Below, piece by piece: positions 44,621-54,634 of a DNA stretch of 64,000 nucleotides (position 1 is the stretch's first letter; the number at the start of each line of letters is the position of its first letter). This stretch comes from Minisyncoccota bacterium (GTDB taxonomy: Bacteria > Patescibacteriota > Minisyncoccia > Phycocordibacterales > Phycocordibacteraceae). The DNA lies in the NCBI GenBank assembly GCA_035627595.1, contig DASPLK010000002.1, positions 224,481 through 288,480 on the forward strand, written 5' to 3'. Made by a program: the position numbers and the translations under genes. Below the pieces are notes generated by a model. The model had not been told where the DNA came from. It did not search any database and worked only from the letters and a program-made list of their open reading frames with translations.

Positions 44621-45493
44621 ATGAAGCATAGTATGGAGACGGGCCTTCTACAACTCACCCCCGCGGACTACCCTGAGCAGCTCAGGGAGATACCGCAACC
44701 ACCAACACAGTTATACCTGCGCGGCAGCATGCCCAACGCCAATACCCGATATCTCGCGGTTGTAGGTTCGCGAGCGCTTTCTCCATACGGAAAGGAGGCA
44801 TGCACCGCACTTATTAAAGGCCTCAAGGGCCACCCAATCTCAATCGTCTCGGGTCTTGCGCTTGGCGCGGACGCAGCTGCGCATGAAGCGGCGCTTGATG
44901 CTGATCTCCATACCATTGCAGTACTTGGCTCGGGCATCTCAGACCACGCGATTTCTCCGCGCACGAATCTCGCGCTTGCTAAGCGCATCTTAGACGCAAG
45001 CGGTGCACTCGTTGGCGAGAACAGCCCGGACCATGTGCCCTTCCCGTCTGATTTCCCAAAGCGCAATCGTATTGTCGCGGGCCTTGCACATGCCGTACTC
45101 ATCATAGAAGCGGGAGAGCGCTCCGGTACCCTTATCACGGCGAGACTTGCCGGCGAGTACAACCGAGATCTTATGTGCATACCGCACAGGACCACTGACC
45201 CAGGTGGATACGGCGCGAACCTTTTCATACGCCTGGGAGCAGCACTTGTTACCGAGTCCAACCACATCCTCGAAGTCCTTGGACTTAATGGCACTCCTAA
45301 AGTGCGTGATGAGCTCCTTACGGATATGCAGGCGTCACTTCTCACTCTTATTGATACACCAAAGCCTAAAGACGAACTTATCAAGGCATCCGGGTTTGCT
45401 CCCTCTGATGCTCTTACCGCACTTATTTCACTTGAGATGAAGGGGCTCGCGGAAGAGAAATATGGGGTCTGGCAGAGACGCAGGGAGACGTAG
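44621..45493 (+). CDS. dprA: DNA processing protein DprA/Smf
   Basis: YLAVVGSRALSPYGKEACTALIKGLKGHPISIVSGLALGADAAAHEAALDA...TLITARLAGEYNRDLMCIP is the Rossmann-like DprA core. Immediately upstream of topA (conserved smf-topA pairing). Confidence 0.85.
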   Translation: MKHSMETGLLQLTPADYPEQLREIPQPPTQLYLRGSMPNANTRYLAVVGSRALSPYGKEACTALIKGLKGHPISIVSGLALGADAAAHEAALDADLHTIAVLGSGISDHAISPRTNLALAKRILDASGALVGENSPDHVPFPSDFPKRNRIVAGLAHAVLIIEAGERSGTLITARLAGEYNRDLMCIPHRTTDPGGYGANLFIRLGAALVTESNHILEVLGLNGTPKVRDELLTDMQASLLTLIDTPKPKDELIKASGFAPSDALTALISLEMKGLAEEKYGVWQRRRET

Positions 45494-45545
45494 CGTGAAC
45501 CCTTCTCCCATCCTTCATTCTTGACCGTCCTATATATAGTGCGGT

Positions 45546-47933
45546 ATGAGTAGCCTACACATGCCTAAACGACTCCTCATCGTCGAGTCGCCTGCAAAGG
45601 CGCGCACCATACAGCAGTACCTCGGCAAAGAGTACGAGGTGCTCGCTTCTGTGGGCCACGTCCGCGATCTCCCGAAATCCAATAAGGACGCCGTCGACAT
45701 AGAAGGCGGCTTTGTTCCTCGCTACGTTATCTCCTCCGGAAAGCATGACGTCATAGAGCGCATCAAGAAAGCCGCTGGCAAGGTCGATGAGGTGTACCTT
45801 GCGACTGACCCTGACCGCGAAGGTGAGGCTATCGCTTGGCATATTAAGGAAGCGGTGGGGCTCAAAAAGCCACAGCGCGTGGTCTTCCATGAGATTACGA
45901 AGTCCGCGGTCGAGGAGGCGCTTCAGCATCCGCGCGCCATTGATGAGAACCTACGTGAAGCGCAGGAGGCGCGCCGCGTTTTGGATCGCATCGTTGGGTA
46001 CGACCTCTCCGGCCTCATCTGGAAGAAGGTTCGCTACGGCCTTTCGGCCGGACGTGTACAGTCCCCTGCGCTACGTATCCTCGCTGAGCGCGAGCGCGAA
46101 ATTCAAGCGTTCGTACCTGTCACGTACTACGTGCTTGATGCGCTATTCAAAGCAAAGGGCGGACAGTTCCCCGCTTCTTGCGTAGAGGAGCCAACGAACC
46201 AGCAGGAGGCGACACGTATAGTTGAAGAGGGCCAAAAGGCATCCTGGACGATTGACTCTGTCACCGAGCGGAGCGAGGATCGCAACCCGAAGCCGCCGTT
46301 TACAACCTCTACCCTTCAGCAGGCTGCTTCCACACGCCTCGGATTCTCCCCATCGCGCACCATGCGTGCAGCGCAAAAGCTCTACGAGGCCGGACATATC
46401 ACCTACATGCGTACCGACTCTGTAAATCTAGCCAAGGACGCGATCGCGCGCCTGGCGTCTGTCGTTGAGAAGGAGCACGGTAAGGAGTACGTTGAGGTAC
46501 GCGCATACAAGACCAAGAGCAAGAACGCACAGGAAGCCCATGAGGCGGTACGCCCCACTGATCCAGGACGTAAGACCGCAGGTGCGACCGGCGATGAACA
46601 GCAGCTCTACGAGCTCATTCGTACGAGGACGCTTGCCAGCCAGATGGCATCCGCCAAAGTGCTCCGCACGAGCGTGAAAGTAAAGGCAAATGCGGACATA
46701 CCGCTTTTCTCCGCAAACGGTTCCCGCGTCATCTTCGCCGGATGGCTTAAGGAGGATACGCGTGCACGCGGAGAGGATACTGAGCTTCCAAAGCTGACCA
46801 ACGGCGAGACCGTATCTCTTATCTCCCTGGGTGACACCGAAAAGCAGACCGAACCGCCTAACCGCTACACGGAAGCAGGACTCGTGAAGGAGCTCGAGAA
46901 GCGCGGCATCGGACGCCCATCTACCTACGCCTCCATCATGAAAACCATTCAGGACCGCGGGTATGTGGAGAAGACCGGCCGCACACTGACCCCAACCGCG
47001 ACCGGCATGGTGGTATCAGGGTGGCTTGAGGAGCATTTTTCTGAATATATCTCAGATTCCTTTACCGCAGAGATGGAGGACGAACTCGATGAAATCGCAC
47101 GCGGTGAGCGCGGATACGAAGCAACGCTAAAGGACTTCTATGGCCCATTCCAGACCGCAGTGCACGCAAAGGATAATCTTCCTAAAGCAACCTCTTTAGG
47201 CAAGGCGCCAGAAGAATTCCCGTGTCCGTTGTGCGGCGCAACCATGGAATACAAGCTCGGCAGGGGCGGCGTATTCATGAGCTGTACTCGGTACCCCGAG
47301 TGTGAAGGCGCACGCCAGGAGGATGGCACCGAGCTCAAGAGTGATGAACCTTTGGGCATCCACCCGGAGGCTGGTGCCCCGATTTTCATAAAAACAGGAC
47401 GTTTCGGACCGTACGTTGAAATGGAGCTCGCACAAACAGAGGCTCCGGAGCCAGAACTGACGAAGTCAGGCAAGCCGAAGAAGGTGAAGAAGGTGAAGCC
47501 GAACGTTAAGCGCGCGAGCGTACCGCCCGGTACCGACCTTTCCTCTGTCACGCTCGCTGATGCGGTCAAGTATCTTTCGCTTCCACGAGTGGTTGGTAAC
47601 CATCCAGTTTCCGGCAAGCCGATTCTTGCGAACACGGGACGCTTCGGACCGTACGTCGCGCACGAGGGCGAGTTCCGCTCTATTAAGCAAGGTGATCCGT
47701 ATACGATCACGCTTGAGGAAGCGACGAAGCTTATCGATACGCCGAAGCAACCGCCTAAGGGCGTCGATATAGTCCGCGAGATCGGCAAACATCCAAAGAC
47801 TGGTAAGAACCTCACGCTCTACAAGTCCAAAGCCGGACACTTCCTTAAGAAGGGCCTCCGCCGCATATACCTACCTGAGAGCGTTGATCCTGAGGCGCTT
47901 ACGCCAGAGGAGGCTGCTGCATACCTAATGTAA
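45546..47933 (+). CDS. topA: DNA topoisomerase I
   Basis: TOPRIM LLIVESPAKARTIQQYLG. Catalytic Tyr region. C-terminal Zn ribbons CPLCGATMEY...CTRYPEC. Confidence 0.95.
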   Translation: MSSLHMPKRLLIVESPAKARTIQQYLGKEYEVLASVGHVRDLPKSNKDAVDIEGGFVPRYVISSGKHDVIERIKKAAGKVDEVYLATDPDREGEAIAWHIKEAVGLKKPQRVVFHEITKSAVEEALQHPRAIDENLREAQEARRVLDRIVGYDLSGLIWKKVRYGLSAGRVQSPALRILAEREREIQAFVPVTYYVLDALFKAKGGQFPASCVEEPTNQQEATRIVEEGQKASWTIDSVTERSEDRNPKPPFTTSTLQQAASTRLGFSPSRTMRAAQKLYEAGHITYMRTDSVNLAKDAIARLASVVEKEHGKEYVEVRAYKTKSKNAQEAHEAVRPTDPGRKTAGATGDEQQLYELIRTRTLASQMASAKVLRTSVKVKANADIPLFSANGSRVIFAGWLKEDTRARGEDTELPKLTNGETVSLISLGDTEKQTEPPNRYTEAGLVKELEKRGIGRPSTYASIMKTIQDRGYVEKTGRTLTPTATGMVVSGWLEEHFSEYISDSFTAEMEDELDEIARGERGYEATLKDFYGPFQTAVHAKDNLPKATSLGKAPEEFPCPLCGATMEYKLGRGGVFMSCTRYPECEGARQEDGTELKSDEPLGIHPEAGAPIFIKTGRFGPYVEMELAQTEAPEPELTKSGKPKKVKKVKPNVKRASVPPGTDLSSVTLADAVKYLSLPRVVGNHPVSGKPILANTGRFGPYVAHEGEFRSIKQGDPYTITLEEATKLIDTPKQPPKGVDIVREIGKHPKTGKNLTLYKSKAGHFLKKGLRRIYLPESVDPEALTPEEAAAYLM

Positions 47934-48198
47934 AGACCGCAGGTTTCCCCGCGGCCGTGTTACAAACTTGTACTGGTACGTTTATGCGACCATGAGCGTA
48001 GCTGGCATATTGGCCGAGCACACCTCAACTGGGGTTTGCCGCGGCAACACGCGCCAGGTCTGGCAGTCGCGTTGCGCAGCATCTTGTGCCTCTCTGGTCG
48101 GCTGACCAGAGCAGGGTCGCGGGGCCTTCTTCCCGCACAAAGAACAGACTCTCATATCAACTCCCCTTTGCGTTCACGTATTTCGCAAGTATGCTGGT
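47934..48198. other. 265-nt structured non-coding stretch between topA and the RelA/SpoT gene (candidate leader or small RNA, unassigned)
   Basis: Long-range ccgcggc/gccgcgg pairing. 8-bp hairpin ctctggtc-ggct-gaccagag. gcggg-gccttctt-cccgc. Only a spurious overlapping ORF. Confidence 0.15.
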
Positions 48199-49860
48199 TT
48201 GGTGACCACCGTCAAGGAGATTCTTGGGGCAATGCGCGATCCTTCGCCTGAGGACGAAGCTCTCGTGCGCAAAGCCTATGTGTTTGCTGAGAACGCCCAC
48301 AAGGACCACAAACGGTACTCCGGGGAGCCCTATTTCATACACCCTGCTGCAGTCGCCAAATATCTGGCTGAGACTGGCATGGACGCGCAGACGATTGCTG
48401 CAGGACTCTTGCATGACGCAGTAGAAGATACGCCTGTTACAGCCGAAGAGGTCGAGGAATCATTTGGTCCTGAGGTCCGCTTTCTCGTCGATGGCGTTAC
48501 AAAGCTCGGTCAGCACAAGTATAGAGGCGCAGAGCGCCACGCAGAGTCACTGAGGCGCCTTCTGGTAGCGACTTCAGCCGATGTACGCGTGCTTATCGTG
48601 AAGCTCGCCGACCGCTATCACAACATGACGACCCTGGAGCATGTGCCGCCCGAGAAGCAACGTCGCATTGCGCTTGAGACTCTTGAGATATACGCGCCCC
48701 TTGCAGATCGCCTCGGCATAGGACGGCTGAAGAAGGAATTCGAGGATTTGGCATTCCCTGCTATTGACCCTGATGCGTACGCGCACGCGGTTGAGGTTAG
48801 AAAGCTGAAGAGAAAAGAGAATGAGGAAGGACTCGCCAGGGTGCAGAAGGCCCTTCAGCATGCACTGGCGCGCCGCGGTATGCGCGATTTTAAGACGGAG
48901 ATCCGCGTAAAGGGTCTTTGGAGTCTCCATCAGAAGTTGAAGCGCAAGGGAGATGACATAACAAAAATTCACGACATCGCCGCACTGCGCGTCATCGTCA
49001 CTTCCATAGACGACTGTTATCAGGTTCTTGGCGTAGTCCATGCCAACTGGAAACCGCTTCCGGGCGAGTTCAAAGACTACATCGCTTTCCCAAAACCTAA
49101 CGGCTATCAGTCCTTGCATACCACTGTCCTTACGAGCGACGCGGGCGTAGTCGAGATACAGATACGCACCGAAGAAATGCACCAGCGAGCACAGTTCGGT
49201 ATTGCGTCTCATATGTCATATAAGCACCTCGGGAAGCAAATGGAACAGAGGCGTGCAGGCACGCAGAAGCGTGCGTTTGAAAAGGTCTCTATACACTGGA
49301 TTCGTGACCTCATTCCTGGTCTCCTCAACTTCTCTCGCAAACCAGCGCCAAAAGCCAGCAGCGCGCCTTCTACGAAAAAGAAGGCAGAGCAGCCGATGTG
49401 GCTCAATGAACTCGCAGATGCACATATTGCGAGCATAGAGTCAAAGGAATTTGTAGAAGGTCTAAAGGAGGATTTCTTTAGCCATCGCGTATTCGTTTTC
49501 ACTCCGAAAGGCGACGTTATCGACCTGCCCGTACAGTCAACGCCAATTGATTTTGCATACGCGATACACAGCGAGCTTGGCAATCATATGCACGGCGCTA
49601 AGGTAAACGGGAAACTTGTCACGTTCGATACGATGCTCCGGAACGGCGATATTGTGGAAATACTTGAGCGTCAGAACGCACACCCGACCGCAAAATGGCT
49701 CGACTACGCAAGAACCGGCATGGCGCGCCGGCATATCAGAAACGCGATCGAAGCTGAGAGTATAAAGCTAATGCCCCAGGCTGAAGCGAAGATCGCCCTT
49801 GCGGCAAGGAAACCCACGCCAAGAAAACGAAAGAAGACACCCAAGCCAAAGAAAGCATAA
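48199..49860 (+). CDS. rel: Bifunctional (p)ppGpp synthetase/hydrolase, RelA/SpoT family (short form, HD + synthetase + TGS)
   Basis: HD domain HPAAVAKYLAE...LLHDAVEDT. Synthetase region. TGS VFVFTPKGDVIDLPVQSTPIDFAYAIHSELG. GTG start. Confidence 0.9.
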   Translation: MVTTVKEILGAMRDPSPEDEALVRKAYVFAENAHKDHKRYSGEPYFIHPAAVAKYLAETGMDAQTIAAGLLHDAVEDTPVTAEEVEESFGPEVRFLVDGVTKLGQHKYRGAERHAESLRRLLVATSADVRVLIVKLADRYHNMTTLEHVPPEKQRRIALETLEIYAPLADRLGIGRLKKEFEDLAFPAIDPDAYAHAVEVRKLKRKENEEGLARVQKALQHALARRGMRDFKTEIRVKGLWSLHQKLKRKGDDITKIHDIAALRVIVTSIDDCYQVLGVVHANWKPLPGEFKDYIAFPKPNGYQSLHTTVLTSDAGVVEIQIRTEEMHQRAQFGIASHMSYKHLGKQMEQRRAGTQKRAFEKVSIHWIRDLIPGLLNFSRKPAPKASSAPSTKKKAEQPMWLNELADAHIASIESKEFVEGLKEDFFSHRVFVFTPKGDVIDLPVQSTPIDFAYAIHSELGNHMHGAKVNGKLVTFDTMLRNGDIVEILERQNAHPTAKWLDYARTGMARRHIRNAIEAESIKLMPQAEAKIALAARKPTPRKRKKTPKPKKA

Positions 49861-49895
49861 AGCCCGGATCTAGATGGTCCGGGCTTTCGCCTTTT
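49861..49895 (+). terminator. Rho-independent terminator after the RelA/SpoT gene
   Basis: agcccgga-tctagatgg-tccgggct hairpin followed by ttcgccttttagg. Confidence 0.6.
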
Positions 49896-50205
49896 AGGCA
49901 GATTGTTTGCAGGAGTTGAGGTATGTGGCGAGTGAGAACAAGAAGTCCTCATGCCGCTCACGCTTTAGGTGCGTAGGTTCGACAGGATTATTCCCGGTCG
50001 CGGCATAGTCCTCGATTCGGCGCTGGACCTTCCGCTGCTGGCTCTCGTTCGTAACCGAACAAGGGTTCACCAGCTCCAAAAGCTCCTCGCAGATCTGAAC
50101 CTGGATCGTAAGCAACTTCTTACGCGCGCGAGGTTCGTCCTTCTCCGCAGAGAATAAGTCTCGTAGCTCTTTGAGCCACGTCTGTGTATTTATGCTATGG
50201 CGCAT
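49894..50205 (-). CDS. Hypothetical protein (103 aa)
   Basis: Clean ORF downstream of parB. Charged, predicted helical. No recognised domain. Confidence 0.4.
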   Translation of the reverse strand: MRHSINTQTWLKELRDLFSAEKDEPRARKKLLTIQVQICEELLELVNPCSVTNESQQRKVQRRIEDYAATGNNPVEPTHLKRERHEDFLFSLATYLNSCKQSA

Positions 50206-50251
50206 GGTGCACCTCCTTCCGGGAGCACTATGCGCTACTAATTATGTGTGG

Positions 50252-51220
50252 TCAAACCGCGAAATCCTTTACAGAATATAGGTCCTCTTCGGGTTCGCTG
50301 TCACTAACAAGACTTGTATTGGGGTACACCGTCGGGATAGGCTCCTCTACCGCCTTTTCCTCAGAAAGCGTTGTCATGCCCTGTTGGGTCGCGATTGAAG
50401 CTGCAATGTGGGTCAAGTCCTCCGGAGAGAAGAACTCGATAAGGACACGTCCGCCGTTAGGGCGGTTCTCGATGATGACGCGCGTGCCCAGAGTTTCGGT
50501 GAGAGATTTCTCTAGCTCCATCATCTCAGGCGTCTTGTCCTTCTTCCTGATTTTGTCGGTCGCGATACGACGCGCAAGCTGCTCAACGACGCGCACGGAA
50601 GTCTTCTTCAAGACAATGTCCTTAAACAGCGTGTGCTGCTCTTCCGGCTTATCAGAAAGCATAAGGAGCGCGCGTGCGTGTCCCTCGGTGAGGTCTTTGT
50701 TGACGACAGACTGCTGTATTTCTTCAGGAAGCGCGAGAAGGCGAATAGAGTTAGAAACGTACTCACGCGAGCGTCCAACTTTGGCGCCAATCTCTCCATG
50801 CGAAAGTCCGAACTCACTCGCCAGCTGCGACAGAGAGCGTGCGCGATCGATGGCATTAAGATCCTCGCGCTGAAGGTTCTCCACGATCGCAAGCTCGAGC
50901 TTCATATGATCGGTCTGCTCTCCCTGACGGATGACTACCGGAACCTCCTTGAGGCCTGCGAGCTTGGAAGCGCGTAGGCGGCGTTCGCCGGCGATGAGCT
51001 CATAGGAGCTGGAGAGGCCGCCATCGGGACGCTCCTGGTCCTTACGCGTAACTACCAAAGGCTGCAACACGCCGTACTGGCGTATGGAATCAGCAAGCGC
51101 TTTCAACCGCTCTTCATCAAATTCCTTTCTAGGCTGGAAAGGGTTCGGATGGATCTTATCGACCTCAATCCAGAAAATAGAGTCGTACTTAGTCGGCTCT
51201 GCGAATTTCACCTCGTTCAT
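50252..51220 (-). CDS. parB: ParB/Spo0J-family partition protein (no adjacent parA)
   Basis: ParB N-terminal box GERRLRASKLAGLKEVPVVIR. HTH LSHGEIGAKVGRSREYVSNSIRLLALP. Confidence 0.85.
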   Translation of the reverse strand: MNEVKFAEPTKYDSIFWIEVDKIHPNPFQPRKEFDEERLKALADSIRQYGVLQPLVVTRKDQERPDGGLSSSYELIAGERRLRASKLAGLKEVPVVIRQGEQTDHMKLELAIVENLQREDLNAIDRARSLSQLASEFGLSHGEIGAKVGRSREYVSNSIRLLALPEEIQQSVVNKDLTEGHARALLMLSDKPEEQHTLFKDIVLKKTSVRVVEQLARRIATDKIRKKDKTPEMMELEKSLTETLGTRVIIENRPNGGRVLIEFFSPEDLTHIAASIATQQGMTTLSEEKAVEEPIPTVYPNTSLVSDSEPEEDLYSVKDFAV

Positions 51221-51287
51221 AAATCGTAGTGTACCACTTCCCCTGCCTTTGCAGGCAGCGTTTTGGTGGAGTAGGATGCGGATATAC

Positions 51288-51372
51288 GCCGGAGTGGTGG
51301 AATGGTATACACGGTGGATTCAAAACCCGCTGCCCTCGTGGCTTGAGAGTTCGAGTCTCTCCTCCGGCACCA
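51288..51372 (+). tRNA. tRNA-Leu (anticodon CAA), type II with long variable arm
   Basis: GCCGGAG...GGTGGATTCAAAACCCGC (anticodon loop UUCAAAA). T-arm GAGAGTTCGAGTCTCTC. CCA encoded. Confidence 0.85.
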
Positions 51373-51394
51373 ACTAGTGCTAGAATACGCGCAT

Positions 51395-52300
51395 ATGGCA
51401 CGTGCGTACGCTCTTGGCATCCTTTCATTTTTACTCCTGCTTCCGGGCACCACTTTCGCTGCGCCCGTGGATGATGTCGCCGCTGCGACCGTGAATGTGT
51501 ATTGCACGTACAAATCGGGCAGCAGAACCTATAGCACGACCGGAAGTGGATTCTTCATCGACTCCCGCGGCATCATCATGACAAATGCGCATGTTGCGGT
51601 GCCATTTCTCCTTACTGATAAGAAGGGCAAGACATTGAGCGACTGTGATATCCGCACCGGCTCCCCTGCTAAGGACCGCTATGAAGCGCGTGTACTCTAC
51701 ATCTCCCCTGAATGGCTTGAAGAGAATGTTGAGGAACTTAAGAAGGGCCGTCCTAGAGGCACGGGCGAGGGAGACTTCGCGCTTCTTCAGGTAACTGCTG
51801 CGGTAAAGGGCAGTCTGCCAACTTCATTCGCTTCAATACCGGTTGCACTTTCAGGAAACGTGCTCGAGGGTGATACGCTCATTGCCGCCGGCTACCCTGC
51901 CGAAAAGCTTAGCTTTAAGGAAGTACAGAAGAAGCTGAAGCTTGAGACCACCGCGCCAACGCTTACGAGCGTCCGCTACTACGTTCGCCCGTATGCGGAC
52001 CTCATCGTGCTCTCCCCAAGCAAGCTAAGCGCGAGCGGTGCCTCTGGAGGACCTATTGCAACTGCAGATGGGCGTGCGATCGCTATAACAACCGCAGTAG
52101 AGGAGAAGAAGAATCAGGATGAGCGCAGCTTACGCGCTATCACCCTCTCTTATGTAGACCGCGTACTATTGCTTGATGTGGGGAAGCCGCTTTCCCTCAT
52201 GCTACTTTCAGACCTTGAGCCGCTAGTAGCGCGCACCAGCGCCTCACTCTCAGAAGATCTCCTGACGAGCCTGCGAAAGGCGCTTTTGAAGCGAAGATAG
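51395..52300 (+). CDS. Trypsin-like (S1 family) serine protease, secreted
   Basis: Signal peptide. His in TNAHV. Ser in ASGASGGPI. 4-nt gap to miaA. Confidence 0.7.
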   Translation: MARAYALGILSFLLLLPGTTFAAPVDDVAAATVNVYCTYKSGSRTYSTTGSGFFIDSRGIIMTNAHVAVPFLLTDKKGKTLSDCDIRTGSPAKDRYEARVLYISPEWLEENVEELKKGRPRGTGEGDFALLQVTAAVKGSLPTSFASIPVALSGNVLEGDTLIAAGYPAEKLSFKEVQKKLKLETTAPTLTSVRYYVRPYADLIVLSPSKLSASGASGGPIATADGRAIAITTAVEEKKNQDERSLRAITLSYVDRVLLLDVGKPLSLMLLSDLEPLVARTSASLSEDLLTSLRKALLKRR

Positions 52301-53125
52301 ATGGAACCGATCCGTATCGTATGTATCGCTGGTCCCACCGCGTCAGGAAAGTCTGCGCGTGCAGTTGAACGTGCACTGCAGGATGCAGGCGAGATTATCT
52401 CAGTTGATAGCCGCCAGGTGTACCGTACGCTTGATATCGGCACGGAGAAGGTTACGCGTGATGAGATGCGGGGCGTGCCGCATCACCTGATAGATGTACG
52501 CGATCCGAGCGACACGTATAGCGCAGGTGACTTCGTTGAGGACGCGACAAAGTACATAGAGGATATACACGCACGCGGAAAGCTCCCCATCCTCGCGGGC
52601 GGCACGCACTTCTATTTCGACGCACTCTTACACGGACTTCCGCCTCAAACGCCGCCTGATCCGGCATTTCGTGAGGGACTTGAAGCCTACTCGAGTTCGG
52701 AGCTCTATGAGCGCATCCATGAGCTTGACCCTGCACGCGCAGCAATGCTTGATCCGATGAATCGCAGGCGCCTTATACGCGCGCTTGAGATCCTAAACGT
52801 ATATAAAAGCGTGCCGGAACGCATACCGAATGCCCGGTATGAAGTGGAGTGGATCCGCATTGAGCCCGAGCGCGTCGAACTGCGCGCACGTATTGATACA
52901 CGTCTGAAGAATGCCTTTGCGCGAGGCCTGATCGATGAAGTAGAGCGCGTACGCAAAGATGTAGGAGACGAGCGCTTAGAGGAACTCGGACTTGAATATC
53001 GCATCGTGGGCGAGTATCTCAGAGGTGAGCGCGAGGAAAGTACGCTTATGCCTGCCCTATCCGCCAAGCTCTGGCAGTACGCAAAACGCCAGATGATGTG
53101 GCTACGAAAGCTCGCTAGCGCTTAG
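52301..53125 (+). CDS. miaA: tRNA dimethylallyltransferase
   Basis: P-loop IAGPTASGKSARAVE. DSRQVYRTLDIGTEK substrate motif. Confidence 0.9.
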   Translation: MEPIRIVCIAGPTASGKSARAVERALQDAGEIISVDSRQVYRTLDIGTEKVTRDEMRGVPHHLIDVRDPSDTYSAGDFVEDATKYIEDIHARGKLPILAGGTHFYFDALLHGLPPQTPPDPAFREGLEAYSSSELYERIHELDPARAAMLDPMNRRRLIRALEILNVYKSVPERIPNARYEVEWIRIEPERVELRARIDTRLKNAFARGLIDEVERVRKDVGDERLEELGLEYRIVGEYLRGEREESTLMPALSAKLWQYAKRQMMWLRKLASA

Positions 53126-54113
53126 GGGGATTACACACGCCATTATTGGTCGTGATATCCCAGTGATCGGATTCGCGCACATATTCGTTGCCGCAGCGAT
53201 CGCGATAACGGGGATCGCTGCCACGACTTCCATCGCGCGTCATTCCCTGGATGTACGCATTGATGCCATCGTTAAGTCCTATATCAATCTTATAGCCATT
53301 GAAGTGACTTAATGGCCCTCCTTCATGACCTATCTCTGTCCCGCCCGTTACGGTCATGGAGCAGTTACACGCTTGCTTGATTGCAATAATTTGGTTGATC
53401 GAGTCCTCGCGTATGGTATCGAGCGACGTGCAAGTTCGATTGTTCTGGTTCGAACAGTTGCCAGAAGAAGAAATTGAGATTCCCGCTGCGCTAAGCCGTG
53501 CCGCTGCGTCCGCATGCGATAGTTCACCTGCGCCTATGACGCCCGGCTCCCCTACGAATCCGTCAGAGTTGCCGCCTGTCGACGGCTGCGCAACAACACC
53601 CGGAAGTGCGTCCGGCGGGTCTGCGATACGGAAGCACATGTTTTCATTGTCTCCAGCTAGGATTTGATGCCATGGACCAAAATTCGCATCGCCCTGCGGA
53701 TCGTAGAGTGTCTTCATTATGAAATCGACGATGAGCCATGCTGAGAGCACGACCAGTATCCCGATGACCACGTTCATAAGCCGCGTCTTTGCCGCTTCAC
53801 GCTGACCGGGACTGCCGGCAGAGGATACGAACATGAAGCCCGTGTACACGATGTAAATAATCGCGAGGATAAATGAGAGCGAAATCGCGAGGTTGATCAG
53901 GTTCTGCATGGTCTGCATCACGCATCCCCAATCCGGCGCACTCGGTATCGAAGCACCACTAGGCGCAAGCTGATCCTCGCATGTACAGTCCGGCTGGCCG
54001 TTTGTGCCGTCTGGAATAATCGGTCCGAAAAAGTTTGCTGCCGCAAAAGTCTGCGGCGTAAACGCAACAAAGAATGCAAGCGAGAGTGCGAGGGCTGTAA
54101 AAATGCGCTTCAT
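53115..54113 (-). CDS. VirB2/TrbC-like T4SS pilin N-terminal domain fused to a Cys-rich C-terminal domain (function unknown; putative cell-wall hydrolase)
   Basis: Signal peptide, Cys pair (CTCED...WGC), two hydrophobic helices (QNLINLAISLSFILAIIYIVYTGFMF...VIGILVVLSAWLIVDFIMK). C-terminal 180 aa with GNCSNQNNRTCTSL...CNCS...GHEGGPLSHF. Paralog of 55222..56214 in the N-terminal 150 aa. Confidence 0.6.
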   Translation of the reverse strand: MKRIFTALALSLAFFVAFTPQTFAAANFFGPIIPDGTNGQPDCTCEDQLAPSGASIPSAPDWGCVMQTMQNLINLAISLSFILAIIYIVYTGFMFVSSAGSPGQREAAKTRLMNVVIGILVVLSAWLIVDFIMKTLYDPQGDANFGPWHQILAGDNENMCFRIADPPDALPGVVAQPSTGGNSDGFVGEPGVIGAGELSHADAAARLSAAGISISSSGNCSNQNNRTCTSLDTIREDSINQIIAIKQACNCSMTVTGGTEIGHEGGPLSHFNGYKIDIGLNDGINAYIQGMTRDGSRGSDPRYRDRCGNEYVRESDHWDITTNNGVCNPPKR

Positions 54114-54632
54114 TTAAGGTAGCGGCACTGCGCCGGGACAGAACGAGAGTCCTAGTTCCTTCCCAGCAAACCGTGGTTCAATTGTATCAGCCGTTTGGAC
54201 CGCTATCTTAAGCGAACAGAGGATATCGTCTGCTAGCGGGATGAGCTCTCTGAGCTTCGTCTCAGCGGCAGTTCGTGATGCGCCAAGCGGAGACGCAAGG
54301 AGCCCAATGCTGATCGTACTATCGCTCCCGTATACGATTCCATACCTATGATCTAGCTCAACAAGATCATCGTTCTGTGTGAGATATACGTAGGTGATAC
54401 CCGTGTCCTCCACTTCTACCGACGGATGGCCATACGTAAAATCAGGCACCGTGATTATGCGGTTGGCTTTACTTGTGAGGACGACTGTTGCACCTGAATC
54501 ACGCGGCAATGATGGTATTGTCGGCGTAGTGGTCGCCGTATCTGTCGCGGTTATAGAAACGCGCCACCACCCAAAGCCGGCAAGGCTAACGAAAAGCGCG
54601 ACTATGATGCCAAGTACTACGGGCGTGCGCAT
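54114..54632 (-). CDS. Small membrane-anchored protein, paralog A (VirB8-like topology or immunity-like), conserved C-terminus LGLSFCPGAVPLP
   Basis: N-terminal TM (VVLGIIVALFVSLAGFGWW). Shares architecture and C-terminal motif with 54635..55204. Stop abuts the downstream pilin ATG (TAAATG). Confidence 0.5.
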   Translation of the reverse strand: MRTPVVLGIIVALFVSLAGFGWWRVSITATDTATTTPTIPSLPRDSGATVVLTSKANRIITVPDFTYGHPSVEVEDTGITYVYLTQNDDLVELDHRYGIVYGSDSTISIGLLASPLGASRTAAETKLRELIPLADDILCSLKIAVQTADTIEPRFAGKELGLSFCPGAVPLP

Positions 54633-54634
54633 AC

